DNA of 56,500 nucleotides from a virus (Duplodnaviria; Caudoviricetes): IMG/VR virus record IMGVR_UViG_3300001765_000046, positions 1 to 56,500 of that record; one strand, 5' to 3'. Shown piece by piece: positions 46,234 to 56,500 of this stretch (position 1 is its first letter; each line of letters starts with the position of its first letter). The notes under the pieces were generated by a model. It saw only the letters and a program-made list of their open reading frames with translations, ran no database searches and was not told where the DNA came from. The position numbers and the translations under genes were made by a program.

Positions 46234-47622
46234 ATGGCATATCAACAATATCCAGGAGAAATAGGTAATAGTAACCCTAATTATTCAATGTTGGATTCAA
46301 CATTTGTTAGAGGTGGCGGTAGAACCGTCCCAACTTTAACTGGAACAACAGGATTATATTCTTTAAGTGGTAAAACAGATCAACTATCTGAAAATATAAC
46401 AAAAGTTTGGGTCGTATCTGAGCAAAAAAATTATGTATTGATAAACATGATTAATGTCGGTAATGCTGACGGTTGGTCTGTTGATACTGTCGATTTAAGT
46501 GATTACTATACAACAGGTGAAACTAATTCATTATTGTTAGGTAAAAGTGACACTGGACACACTCACAGTCAATATCTAACTGGCTATACCGAAACAAATC
46601 CAGGCGTTTATACTTCAGGAAGAACAGATGTACTATTGTTAAGTAAAAGCGATACTGGACATACACATGAATATCTTTCAAATAGTGGTGGTACGTTAAC
46701 TGGTAATCTAACAGGAACTACCTTTTATGGTAGTGGTGCTGGATTATATTCAATACCTACAAGTGGTGTAACAAATTTATTCGGAATAAACACTGGAGAT
46801 GAACGATATTCTAATTTAACACCAACAGATAGTGTTATTGGCGGTATACCTGTAGGTAGTACTTTTAGTGGTAAAACTGTTCAACAAATGTTTGATTCAT
46901 TACTTTACCCTACATTAAACCCATCATTTAGTAACCCGTCAAGTACGTTTACTGTGTCAGTCAATCCATATTACGAGGTCGGACAGTTAATACCGTCATT
47001 AAGTTTTTCATCTACTTTTAATAGAGGAACTATAACACCTGCTTACGGAACATCTGGTTTTAGGAGCGGTCTACCAACTCGTTATAATTATTCAGGTTAT
47101 CAATTGTCTGGAGTAACGTCTTCAGGGTTAACAAATACGGTTACCATAAGTGATTATGTTGTTGTTGTTGGAAGTCAGAGTTGGTCAGGTAGTGTCACAT
47201 ATTTATCTGGCGAACAACCACTAAACAATAAAGGTGATTTTTATTTAACAGGGTTAACTTCTGGAACAACATCAAATAGTTCCAGATCATTTAATGGTAT
47301 TTATCCGTTTTTATATGGTATGAGCGATTTGATATTAATGTCTACCACAGCGTATGGCTCATTATCGGGTAAATTACTGGAAGTTCAGGGTAATAAATTG
47401 GTGACACTTAATGGTAATATTAAATATATTTATTTTATTTATCCATCTAGTTATTCAGATCTATCGTCAATAATTGACCAAAATGGTTTTAATGTTACTG
47501 GATCATTTCAAAAAACCACAATGAACGTAATTAGTACTAACTGGACAACTATTTATAAAGTATATAGAACAATAAACATGACCTCAGTATTAAATGGTCA
47601 ATTTGAATTTAAATTTAATTAA
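46234..47622 (+). CDS. Tail fibre/virion protein
   Basis: Two KSDTGHTH motifs, GGTLTGNL, GGIPVG..S.KT..QM..LLYP. Confidence 0.7.
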   Translation: MAYQQYPGEIGNSNPNYSMLDSTFVRGGGRTVPTLTGTTGLYSLSGKTDQLSENITKVWVVSEQKNYVLINMINVGNADGWSVDTVDLSDYYTTGETNSLLLGKSDTGHTHSQYLTGYTETNPGVYTSGRTDVLLLSKSDTGHTHEYLSNSGGTLTGNLTGTTFYGSGAGLYSIPTSGVTNLFGINTGDERYSNLTPTDSVIGGIPVGSTFSGKTVQQMFDSLLYPTLNPSFSNPSSTFTVSVNPYYEVGQLIPSLSFSSTFNRGTITPAYGTSGFRSGLPTRYNYSGYQLSGVTSSGLTNTVTISDYVVVVGSQSWSGSVTYLSGEQPLNNKGDFYLTGLTSGTTSNSSRSFNGIYPFLYGMSDLILMSTTAYGSLSGKLLEVQGNKLVTLNGNIKYIYFIYPSSYSDLSSIIDQNGFNVTGSFQKTTMNVISTNWTTIYKVYRTINMTSVLNGQFEFKFN

Positions 47623-47625
47623 TAA

Positions 47626-48480
47626 ATGGCAAATGGTATAGGTATTATAAATGGTTTTGATGTTAATTCATCATCACCTATTGATAAAAGATACGGAGTA
47701 TATACTGGCACAACAATAGGCCAGTGTATATCGAATTCACTTGCAACAATACAACCAATTTTTAGATACGAGGGTTTAACTATTGGTTTGAAGCCATATG
47801 GCTCAAATTTAGTAGAATATTGGTTTATTGGCGGTACTGAAGATATTGATTTAAAAATAAAATCAACGGTTTCTAATGTGATTTTGGTGACATATGATGA
47901 AATAATTTCGTTAATTTCGTCAAATGGGTTAGAACCGTTACAACAATACCAAATAACTGATCATATTACAACATATACACAACCAATAACATTAACACCT
48001 ATGTCAGGCACATCTGAGCCATTAATCGTTGAGTCAATAACCTCTAATAAAATTAGAACTATTTGTAAAAGTACCATATACCCTCAAGATATTGTGTATT
48101 ATTCTATTGATGATAATACTAGCGGTTTTACTAAAGGTAAAATTTATAGAAGAATAGACACACTTTTAAATAACGATATCGGAACTGACTGGAGAAATAT
48201 TAAATATCGTAGATGGTCTATTAATGTAACTAACACATGGGTGTCAGGTGATAGTTATGCGTTATATTCTGTCGTATCAACAAATAATGATATTTATATA
48301 TGTACATCAACCAATAACGGATGGGAAAATATAAACGACAATTTCACCAGCACTGGATTAGTAAATAATACTTACGTTTCGAATAATGGCACTGGTATTC
48401 AATTTATAATAAACGGGAATGGTATTATTATTCCATCAACCACATTTTTTAAGGATGTGACAATGTTTAACGAAATATAA
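47626..48480 (+). CDS. Tail fibre-related protein
   Basis: PIDKRY, RYEGL, Y.ITD..T, YRRIDT..NNDI..DWRNIKYRRW; paralogous to the ORF at 55140. Confidence 0.7.
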   Translation: MANGIGIINGFDVNSSSPIDKRYGVYTGTTIGQCISNSLATIQPIFRYEGLTIGLKPYGSNLVEYWFIGGTEDIDLKIKSTVSNVILVTYDEIISLISSNGLEPLQQYQITDHITTYTQPITLTPMSGTSEPLIVESITSNKIRTICKSTIYPQDIVYYSIDDNTSGFTKGKIYRRIDTLLNNDIGTDWRNIKYRRWSINVTNTWVSGDSYALYSVVSTNNDIYICTSTNNGWENINDNFTSTGLVNNTYVSNNGTGIQFIINGNGIIIPSTTFFKDVTMFNEI

Positions 48481-48486
48481 AATATT

Positions 48487-51400
48487 ATGATATTAAATAC
48501 ACAAACAAGTTTAACATACAATACACTAACGTTAGCGTTAGCGGCATTACCTTCAGTTTTTGATCAAAATTATGAATTGGTTATAGAAAATGGTATTTAT
48601 GATACTTCAGGTAACACAACGACCATCGGTAAAAACACTGGAGTTTATTCATTAATGATAAGGGGTGAATCTAAATCTGGTGTTTTATTAAGTTCCACTA
48701 ATACATTAAAGGGGGTATTAGAAATTTCGGGGTCTACCAACACCAAAAATGTCACAATAAAAGATATTAGGGTATCTGGTAGTTCCACCCAAACTATATA
48801 TGTAAATAATGGTCCAAGTTTTTTAACTTTTGATAACATTGATATGATATCTAATTTGGGTAACTTTTTTAGAATAACTGGACCAACAACAACAGACATT
48901 ACGATTAAAAATTGTACAGCGGAAACACAGGGTCATGTCGTCCTATTAATGTCAACACCAAGTAATTTAACATTTTTAAATAATAATTTTAAAGTAAACA
49001 GGTCAACCACTGGTCCATATCGTTGTATTGCTAACGGTACTTCAGTTTCTGGTGCCTTATCAATTATTGGTAATACATTTGAAACAATTAACGGGGAAGA
49101 GGGTGTGTTTTTAGTGCTTTCTTCGGGGTCAACAATTAATACAATAGAAAAAAACACATTTAAATCATGTGGAAAAACACAATTAAAATTTAACTGTTTA
49201 ACTGGTTCCACTATAAACAATATTAACGATAATTTATTTGAATCGACAGTTTCGTTTAGTGTATATATTGATAATGGTATTGTTTCTTTAAGAAATAACA
49301 CCATTATCAAAAACACGTCCCAATATAGTAGTGTTTATCTTAATAACATAACTGAATGTTTAAGAATAAAAAATAACATATTTTATAGTGAATTAACTGG
49401 AACCACAAACGCTTGGGTGTATATTACATTTGTCGATTTGGATTTTAATTTATCTAATGTTAAATCTGATAATAATCTTTATTTTTCACCACTAAATTCC
49501 AGAATACAAGCAACACCAACAGGTAATGTAACAATATGGGAACCGACGACAGCATTAATGACGGTTGGTGTTACATCATACAATTCATTAAGCACTATTA
49601 AAACGTTTAGTTCAGATTTAAATTCTTTAGATCAAGATCCTATTTTTACTTTAGGTGTCAGCGGAACACCGTATTATTACTTAGATGTAACGTCTCCAGC
49701 GCATAATAGTGCAAATTTTAATGTAACCACTGGCACTACAGATATTAGGGGTTATTATCGTCAAGATTTACTGACAGATATGGGGGCGTATGATATTGAT
49801 GGGGGAGAATTTGCCAAAATACCAAACGACGAATATCTTTTTAAAGGGGTAATAAGAAGAAACGATGGTGCAACATTTATTAACATACAATTAGCGATAT
49901 CTTCTGTTTTTACTAAAGATGAAGATGTTTATTTAGATGTTACCGACAATACTATGTCAAATTGGGTTACACAACCAGGTATGTTAGCCAAAAGAAAAAT
50001 GTTTATTCAACCCCACAGTTCAATTAATGGTAAATTGATAGTTACTGATACTATTAATATGAATTTAGCTACATCAGTTTCATCATGTTCAAACATTATT
50101 TTTAAAAATCTAATTTTTGATGCATATAGAGCTGATGGTGTTACGCCAGGTTTGTGCGGATTATCATTAGGTCTTGGAACATCATATAATTTGGTGTTTG
50201 AAGATTGTGAATTTAAAAATGGTGAACATGGTGCTTATCTTTATACAGGTCAAGATGTAGTTTTTAAAAATTGTAAATTCTATAATTTTTACCATTATGG
50301 TGTTTATGGTGCTAATGTAAAATCAATACACTTTCTTGGTTGTGATTTTGATCATGGTGATTTTGCTGGACATCCAGAACGTGTAAATAGTTATGAAAAG
50401 GATATGATAGCGTTTAAAACATGTAAGAATGTTGTTTTTAAAAATTGTTCATTTAAAGGATCAATATATACTCAAAACATTCTTCGTTTAGATGATATAG
50501 ACGACCTCGTAGTAGAAAACTGTTTATTTAAAAATGCGGAAAAAGGTAGACCTTTATTTATTCAAGGAACTAATGGTAATTTTAATAATAGAGTAAAAGT
50601 TAATAATAATATTTTCTGTGAAAATGGATCAGAACTTACTGGTTCAACATCATTAATATTAATTGTTGCTTCAACTGATATTGAATTTAAAAATAACACA
50701 ATAGCAAATAATTCTATTTATTACACCAGTTTTCTATCTTTAAGGGAAAATTGTTCAAACATAACAGCATGTAATAATTTTTTCCATGGCCTTAACTCAG
50801 CCACTGGTGTGACATCGATGGCATTAACATTATCACCAACCGCAGATCGTGATAAATTAATAATTCAAAACAACTATCACGTCACTAATAATCTTTTAGA
50901 TAGAATATTAACAATTGTTGGACAGGGTATCACAACCACTAAAGTATGTATAATTGTATCAAATGCTAATCTTATTAATTTAGAACAAAATTCAGTAAAA
51001 AACACTGTTGATTTAGATTTATCCAATTATTTAACCACAGGGTATACGCCACATAACACTAGTTTAATAGTAACTGGCGGTGATTTATCACTTTCAAATA
51101 ATACCGATTTTTTAAACAATGTAAAAAATTTATCAATGGGTTTTGGAGCAATATATTATGATAACGTACCTTACGTGTCTAATTTTGATTACGTAATGAA
51201 ACTTTTTAACTTAACAACAGATGAACACTACCCATCTATGACCCCACCAATTGTGGTGTTATCATACGATGTTAATACATTAATGTTGGATTCACCAAAA
51301 CCCGATGAATTATATGAAATGACTATCGGTGAAGATACTGGGTTGATTGATATAGTTAACGCCATAGATATAAACACTATTGATCCTAGTTCGTCATCAC

Positions 51401-54400
51401 TGGTATGTGTAGGAGTAATAGTAGGTGATTATTCTATCTTGTTAGATAAAGTTTATTCAGTCACTGACATATTGACGAATATCAGATATGACATTAATTA
51501 TGTTTATTTTGATTTGCTCACTAACAATACTTACGTAGCCTTTCAACAAGAAATACCATCATCTTTTACATTTACTTACGAAAAAAAAGTATATTATGGG
51601 GTGGGATTTAGTGGGTTATTAAATTTTAGTGAAAGATATAAGGATTATAAAATGACATTAACAAAAATATTATCTAACGGCACCAGTAATACTGTAACTA
51701 TCAACCCATTTATACATACAGTACAACCGAGATGTAAATCCAATTACATTCTAAGTCGTAACATTATATATTTAGGTGATTCAACTACTGTCACTAACTT
51801 ATCTTTTGAAGATGATTCACATTTTTTCACCATCACAGGAACTGGAATGAATATTATTAATGATACAAATGATGTTATTACTTTTACACCTACATTAACA
51901 GGTAATACTGAAATTTCGTTATATACAAATAACACATCTGACATACCAAATATTAAATCAGTTAATGGTGTACTTAAAGTATTACCAATACCTGAAAAGG
52001 CTATATTAAATTTCGACACTAATAAACAAATTCTTCATAAAAATGAAATATTAAAATTATGCGCAACAAATGATATAAATAACAATAAAAAGGTTTCTCG
52101 TTTTCTACCATCAACTGGCACCACATTTAATTGGAAAATTATTAATTCACAAACAAACGTTGTTTTCAGGGAATATTATGGTGATAATGTTGATGTAGAT
52201 ATTAGTGATTATCCTGTAACTAGTTATGATATTCAAGTCACTATGACATTTTCAGATGATTTAACAATCTGTAAAGACATGTTAGAAAAAAGATATTTAA
52301 CTGTATTACCCGATTTTGTTAACACAACTAAAACAAAACATTTTATTACATGTACAAAAACCGATATTGGTAAAGATATTGATGGTTATGATCGAACAGA
52401 AACATCAATCATTATGGGTGATCGTACAACAGACTGTTTAAATAGCCAAATAATAAACCCAGGGGATGTAATAATATTAGATGGTGATGCTCAAAGTGTT
52501 AGATTTTATAATTTACATGGAACTGAAGAAGAACCCATATTAATTATTGCTAATTGTAGTAATGGTGTACCATTTAATGTGGTATCAAAAACTTATTTTG
52601 GTATACTTTTCCAACGTTGTACACATTTTATTGTTTCGGGAGCAAAAAATTATAGCGGTATAGATTTACCACATAGTTTTGTTCTTGAAACCAATTTAGA
52701 CCCTAAGATTTATAGTAAAGCTCCTGGTACTATGTTAATGAGTTTAACATCTTTTGTGTCTGACGCTCGTATATGCGGAATAGAATGTAAAAATAGTAAG
52801 TTTGACTGTATAAGTGCGAAAATGTCGCCCGACCCTAAAAATTCAAGTACATGGCGAAATGATATTACTGGTGGTTGGTTTTATAATAACTTAAATATTC
52901 ACCATAATTATTTACATGATAGCCAAGGTGAAGGGTGTTATTTAGGTCATTATGGTGCGGGTATTGATGGTTATGCCGCTAACTCCCAAGGTGTTTACGG
53001 TCCATATTGGGCAAGTATACAAAAAAACACTAAAGTGTATAGAAATCTATTTGTAAATAATGGTTTTGATGCTATTCAACAAGGTAATTGTTTTATTGGT
53101 GGAGAAATTCATAATAATATAATGAGAAATAGTGGTTTTAGACAAGTATTCGGTCAAGCGGCTGGCATCGCAGCTAATTATATTGTTGGTGACATATATA
53201 ATAATGATATTGGCGACGGTATTGTTACTTTTTTCACACAAGGCAAACAAAGAATATATAATAATATCATTGATAATGCTAATGTTACAAGTCCTGGCGA
53301 TTCGATATACGTGTTAGGTACTAAAGTTGATGCTATGAGAAAATGGGATATCGATGTTGTACCACAAGTAGTAATTGACCCATTATATAATGGCGCTGAC
53401 ACAGTATTAGACGTGTTTAATAATATATTAAATTCAGGTAGAAATGGTGTTTTGATTAATCCTGAATATGGATGGATAGGAAAAAATATAAATATAACTA
53501 ATAACGTATCATTTATGCCTGATGTGTTATATAATACCGCCATTTTATCTGCGAGTGGTAATATCAATTGGTGGATATCGGAAATTAATCTTAACCCGAA
53601 CCTTCCTGGACATACAATAAATCAAAGTAATAATTTAACATATAAAAAAAGTGAAATTAATCTTTTAAACTTTTTTGACCCGTCCGCAGGTATTTATGGT
53701 ATCATTAATGATAGTTTATTATACAAATCAGGACAAAATCTGAACATCTTTTTTAACGATCGAACAACATATAGAGATAAAAATGGTTTTTTATTACCAT
53801 CATTCGACAATAAATTCCCAACAGGACCATATGATTTTGATGTTTTAAACACGTATGGTGATATCACCCCGCCAACTCTATTATTAAAAGACCCATCACA
53901 AAGCGATTTAACTAATAATTCGGTGATTTTATATTCATCAGTACTAACTAATAAAGATCCTCAACCAATTACAAGTTATGGTTTTATACTATCTAAAACG
54001 GTAGTAAACCCAACCCTTGATTGTCCAGACTGTTTAGTATTCTATTCTAACGGTTCTATTAATAGTTTACCGTCAGATTATTCATTAAACATCACTGGGT
54101 TAGATAACGGTGCGGTTTATTATTATAATTCATTTGCCATAAATTTAACTGGCGTTGGTTATTCTGACTCATCATCATTAACAACTTTATCTCAACCAAT
54201 ACCAATTACTACTCTTAGTTGTGTGAGAACCTTTGAAAATCAATTAGTAGGTGTTGTAAGTGGTGATGTTACAACTGTTATGACTATCACATCAAAGGGT
54301 TTTGTATATTCAACCGTTAACTCAATACCTGATTTACTTATTGATAATTACGTATCGGTTTTAGGTGATGTTCATGGGGTTTACTCTTTAAACATTGAAA

Positions 54401-55137
54401 ACATGACAGAACCTGTGGGTTCTTATTGGATAAGATCGTTTATTATTAGTAGTGGTGAAACATATTATGGTAATGTAGTTAAAGATACTGTGACAACCCA
54501 AATAATATTATTACCAACAGTATTAACCAATACTGTTAGCGAAATTACATATAATTCCGTGACGTGTGGGGGGACAGTTGTTAATAATGGTGGTGACACA
54601 AGTATATTTAGGGGTGTTTGTTGGGGCACAACACATAATCCAACAATTAATAATAGTAAAACTATAAATGGTAACGGAGAAGGTTTATTTTTAAGTAATG
54701 TGAATGGTTTAGCGTCCGACACTACTTATTATTTAAGGGCATATGTAACCAACGATGCTGGTACGTCTTATGGTGATGAGGTTAGTTTTACAACATTACC
54801 AGTTACATTTATACCTGAAGATTATTTTAATAATAATATACAGGTGTATGATTTACATAACACCGTTTTTTTAGGAAAATTTAATAATAACATAATTAAA
54901 AGCGGTCTTGAAAATTGTACTATTGGTGGAAATTTTAAAAACAATGTTATTAATAGTAATTTTAAAAATAACATAATTTCAGATAACTTTAAAAATAACA
55001 ATATTGAAAATGATGTTACTAACAAAAATTTTACTAATATTATAGAATTATACAATAAGGACTACACTCACATCATTAAACCAAACACAATAATATGGAT
55101 TGATGAATATGGTGACACTAACATATTAAAATACTAA
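48487..55137 (+). CDS. Large tailspike/depolymerase-like protein with parallel beta-helix (pectate-lyase-like), PKD-like and FN3-like domains
   Basis: Repeated I.NN.F and F..C.F coils; DIRG..R...DMGAYD; three FN3-like units ending e.g. TTYYLRAYVTN..GTSYG.EVSFTT. Confidence 0.8.
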   Translation: MILNTQTSLTYNTLTLALAALPSVFDQNYELVIENGIYDTSGNTTTIGKNTGVYSLMIRGESKSGVLLSSTNTLKGVLEISGSTNTKNVTIKDIRVSGSSTQTIYVNNGPSFLTFDNIDMISNLGNFFRITGPTTTDITIKNCTAETQGHVVLLMSTPSNLTFLNNNFKVNRSTTGPYRCIANGTSVSGALSIIGNTFETINGEEGVFLVLSSGSTINTIEKNTFKSCGKTQLKFNCLTGSTINNINDNLFESTVSFSVYIDNGIVSLRNNTIIKNTSQYSSVYLNNITECLRIKNNIFYSELTGTTNAWVYITFVDLDFNLSNVKSDNNLYFSPLNSRIQATPTGNVTIWEPTTALMTVGVTSYNSLSTIKTFSSDLNSLDQDPIFTLGVSGTPYYYLDVTSPAHNSANFNVTTGTTDIRGYYRQDLLTDMGAYDIDGGEFAKIPNDEYLFKGVIRRNDGATFINIQLAISSVFTKDEDVYLDVTDNTMSNWVTQPGMLAKRKMFIQPHSSINGKLIVTDTINMNLATSVSSCSNIIFKNLIFDAYRADGVTPGLCGLSLGLGTSYNLVFEDCEFKNGEHGAYLYTGQDVVFKNCKFYNFYHYGVYGANVKSIHFLGCDFDHGDFAGHPERVNSYEKDMIAFKTCKNVVFKNCSFKGSIYTQNILRLDDIDDLVVENCLFKNAEKGRPLFIQGTNGNFNNRVKVNNNIFCENGSELTGSTSLILIVASTDIEFKNNTIANNSIYYTSFLSLRENCSNITACNNFFHGLNSATGVTSMALTLSPTADRDKLIIQNNYHVTNNLLDRILTIVGQGITTTKVCIIVSNANLINLEQNSVKNTVDLDLSNYLTTGYTPHNTSLIVTGGDLSLSNNTDFLNNVKNLSMGFGAIYYDNVPYVSNFDYVMKLFNLTTDEHYPSMTPPIVVLSYDVNTLMLDSPKPDELYEMTIGEDTGLIDIVNAIDINTIDPSSSSLVCVGVIVGDYSILLDKVYSVTDILTNIRYDINYVYFDLLTNNTYVAFQQEIPSSFTFTYEKKVYYGVGFSGLLNFSERYKDYKMTLTKILSNGTSNTVTINPFIHTVQPRCKSNYILSRNIIYLGDSTTVTNLSFEDDSHFFTITGTGMNIINDTNDVITFTPTLTGNTEISLYTNNTSDIPNIKSVNGVLKVLPIPEKAILNFDTNKQILHKNEILKLCATNDINNNKKVSRFLPSTGTTFNWKIINSQTNVVFREYYGDNVDVDISDYPVTSYDIQVTMTFSDDLTICKDMLEKRYLTVLPDFVNTTKTKHFITCTKTDIGKDIDGYDRTETSIIMGDRTTDCLNSQIINPGDVIILDGDAQSVRFYNLHGTEEEPILIIANCSNGVPFNVVSKTYFGILFQRCTHFIVSGAKNYSGIDLPHSFVLETNLDPKIYSKAPGTMLMSLTSFVSDARICGIECKNSKFDCISAKMSPDPKNSSTWRNDITGGWFYNNLNIHHNYLHDSQGEGCYLGHYGAGIDGYAANSQGVYGPYWASIQKNTKVYRNLFVNNGFDAIQQGNCFIGGEIHNNIMRNSGFRQVFGQAAGIAANYIVGDIYNNDIGDGIVTFFTQGKQRIYNNIIDNANVTSPGDSIYVLGTKVDAMRKWDIDVVPQVVIDPLYNGADTVLDVFNNILNSGRNGVLINPEYGWIGKNINITNNVSFMPDVLYNTAILSASGNINWWISEINLNPNLPGHTINQSNNLTYKKSEINLLNFFDPSAGIYGIINDSLLYKSGQNLNIFFNDRTTYRDKNGFLLPSFDNKFPTGPYDFDVLNTYGDITPPTLLLKDPSQSDLTNNSVILYSSVLTNKDPQPITSYGFILSKTVVNPTLDCPDCLVFYSNGSINSLPSDYSLNITGLDNGAVYYYNSFAINLTGVGYSDSSSLTTLSQPIPITTLSCVRTFENQLVGVVSGDVTTVMTITSKGFVYSTVNSIPDLLIDNYVSVLGDVHGVYSLNIENMTEPVGSYWIRSFIISSGETYYGNVVKDTVTTQIILLPTVLTNTVSEITYNSVTCGGTVVNNGGDTSIFRGVCWGTTHNPTINNSKTINGNGEGLFLSNVNGLASDTTYYLRAYVTNDAGTSYGDEVSFTTLPVTFIPEDYFNNNIQVYDLHNTVFLGKFNNNIIKSGLENCTIGGNFKNNVINSNFKNNIISDNFKNNNIENDVTNKNFTNIIELYNKDYTHIIKPNTIIWIDEYGDTNILKY

Positions 55138-55139
55138 AC

Positions 55140-56500
55140 ATGCAAAAAAATATAATAACACATTTTGAAAATTATAACCCAACAAGTGGAAACACGATAT
55201 CTAATGGATATAACGTCGGTCAACGCTGGTTTAACACATTAACGGGTGAAGAATTTTTACATAAATTTGATGGTGTTTGGGTGGGTAGTGGAGCGTATAC
55301 GTTGTCAGGTCACACACATGATATTACAGACATTAATAATTTACAGACTACTTTAAATAGTAAATCAGATACTGACCATACGCATGAATATTTACCAACC
55401 AGTGGTGGTACAATAACAGATAATTTAAAAATTACTGGTACGTTAAATGTTTACGGTGATATAATTCAGTCTGGTTCAACTTGGGAAACACATACTAATC
55501 AAGTGTATTCTAGTGGCGACACAATTACATTGAGAGATGGTGCGATCAATGGTTTACCACCAAGTGGTTTTACTGGTATAATCGCACATCATTACGATGA
55601 TGACGGTAATGATGGCGTTTTGGTTTTTGACCGTAACGGTGTTGCTCGTGTTGGTGATATGGATATTGTTAATTGGACAGGATCTACTCAGCCAATAGCA
55701 ACAAGGGAGGATTCCCCAATACCAAATGGTTTTGCTTATTGGGATAGCGGAACAACTAAATTTAACACAAAAATAATATTACCAACAGACGTTAGTGGGT
55801 TAACAGACGAATATGCAGCAATAACTTATTTCACAGGTCACACAGGTGACACAAATAATCCGCATGATGTAACTGCAGAACAGGTTGGTGCATATACTAC
55901 TGGGGAAACTAATGAATTATTAACAGAATATTCAAAAGAACCTATATCATTATCTTATACTGATTTATATAATTTAGTAACAACAAGTGGTTTAACTGTT
56001 GGACAAAGATATATTATTAATGATTATCAAACTGTTCATACAATACCAAATACGAATAATTTAAATGAGGGGCAAATTGAACCTCTATTGGTAACTGCAA
56101 TGACAGTTAATAAACTAATGAATATTACATATAGTACTTTATTTCCACAAGATGTAATTTATTATGACATTGAAAATAATCAGACAATGGTATCTGGATG
56201 TAAAAATGGTTACATCTATCGAAGAATTGATACTCTTAAAAATAATGATATTGGGTTTGATTATAGAAATGCTAAATTTAGAAGATGGCAGATTGAAGTA
56301 TCAAATACCAATAGTGATGGTGCTACTAACAACTATATGAAAGGTGATGTAGTGTTGAAAACAGGTACTGCTGAAATATATCTTAAATTAGATAATATCA
56401 CAAATGTATTATTTTCTGACACATCTTCTTGGAAAAGATTTGAATGGAATAATTTACAATATGTTAGTGCTCTTGAAAGTAACTGGTATTTGAATGCAGA
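55140..56500 (+). CDS. Tail fibre protein, partial (runs off the window; not in the ORF track)
   Basis: Open frame from MQKNIITHFE; SGHTH, KSDTDHTHEYL, NNPHDVTAEQVG, YRRIDTLKNNDIGFDYRNAKFRRW. Confidence 0.85.
   Translation, partial: MQKNIITHFENYNPTSGNTISNGYNVGQRWFNTLTGEEFLHKFDGVWVGSGAYTLSGHTHDITDINNLQTTLNSKSDTDHTHEYLPTSGGTITDNLKITGTLNVYGDIIQSGSTWETHTNQVYSSGDTITLRDGAINGLPPSGFTGIIAHHYDDDGNDGVLVFDRNGVARVGDMDIVNWTGSTQPIATREDSPIPNGFAYWDSGTTKFNTKIILPTDVSGLTDEYAAITYFTGHTGDTNNPHDVTAEQVGAYTTGETNELLTEYSKEPISLSYTDLYNLVTTSGLTVGQRYIINDYQTVHTIPNTNNLNEGQIEPLLVTAMTVNKLMNITYSTLFPQDVIYYDIENNQTMVSGCKNGYIYRRIDTLKNNDIGFDYRNAKFRRWQIEVSNTNSDGATNNYMKGDVVLKTGTAEIYLKLDNITNVLFSDTSSWKRFEWNNLQYVSALESNWYLNA

Noticed and set aside
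2274-55055. Short antisense or off-frame ORFs in the track (e.g. 2274..2627, 5511..5897, 20179..20625, 48933..49316)
   Set aside because: They lie inside well-supported genes and have the low-complexity composition of shadow frames.
54810-55137. Asn-rich C-terminus as a diversity-generating retroelement target
   Set aside because: No reverse transcriptase and no second near-identical template copy in this window.
1-56500. Stop-codon reassignment (TAG or TGA) as in some large Bacteroidota phages
   Set aside because: Core genes are full length under code 11, coding density is high and TGA ends several genes.
1-56500. CRISPR array, canonical tRNA or rRNA genes
   Set aside because: No repeat-spacer periodicity and no complete cloverleaf with a TPsiC arm was seen by eye.

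Overview
AT-rich segment of a large T4-like (myovirus-type) phage genome. The host is very probably Bacteroidota, judged from TTTG-N19/20-TAnnTTTG promoters, A-rich leaders without Shine-Dalgarno sequences, a DUF4494-like gene and Bacteroidota-type FN3 modules. The window holds the head module (terminase, portal, prohead protease, scaffold, major capsid), a gp55-like late sigma factor, baseplate and tail-fibre genes, a 2216-aa multi-beta-helix tailspike-like protein, glycosyltransferases, PhoH, WYL, KTSC and nucleotidyltransferase genes, and four free-standing homing endonucleases. The most notable feature is two fractured genes, each broken by a naturally split intein with a Vsr/DUF559-type endonuclease gene between the halves. 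(1) A ClpC-like ATPase is split in its second Walker A motif by an atypically split intein (34-aa IntN, 129-aa IntC), and each half has its own host-type promoter. (2) A dUTPase is split in motif 3 by an intein with non-canonical block B and block F residues. Both intervening endonuclease genes have a late-promoter motif embedded in a hairpin just upstream of their start codon. All calls come from reading motifs by eye; no database searches were run.
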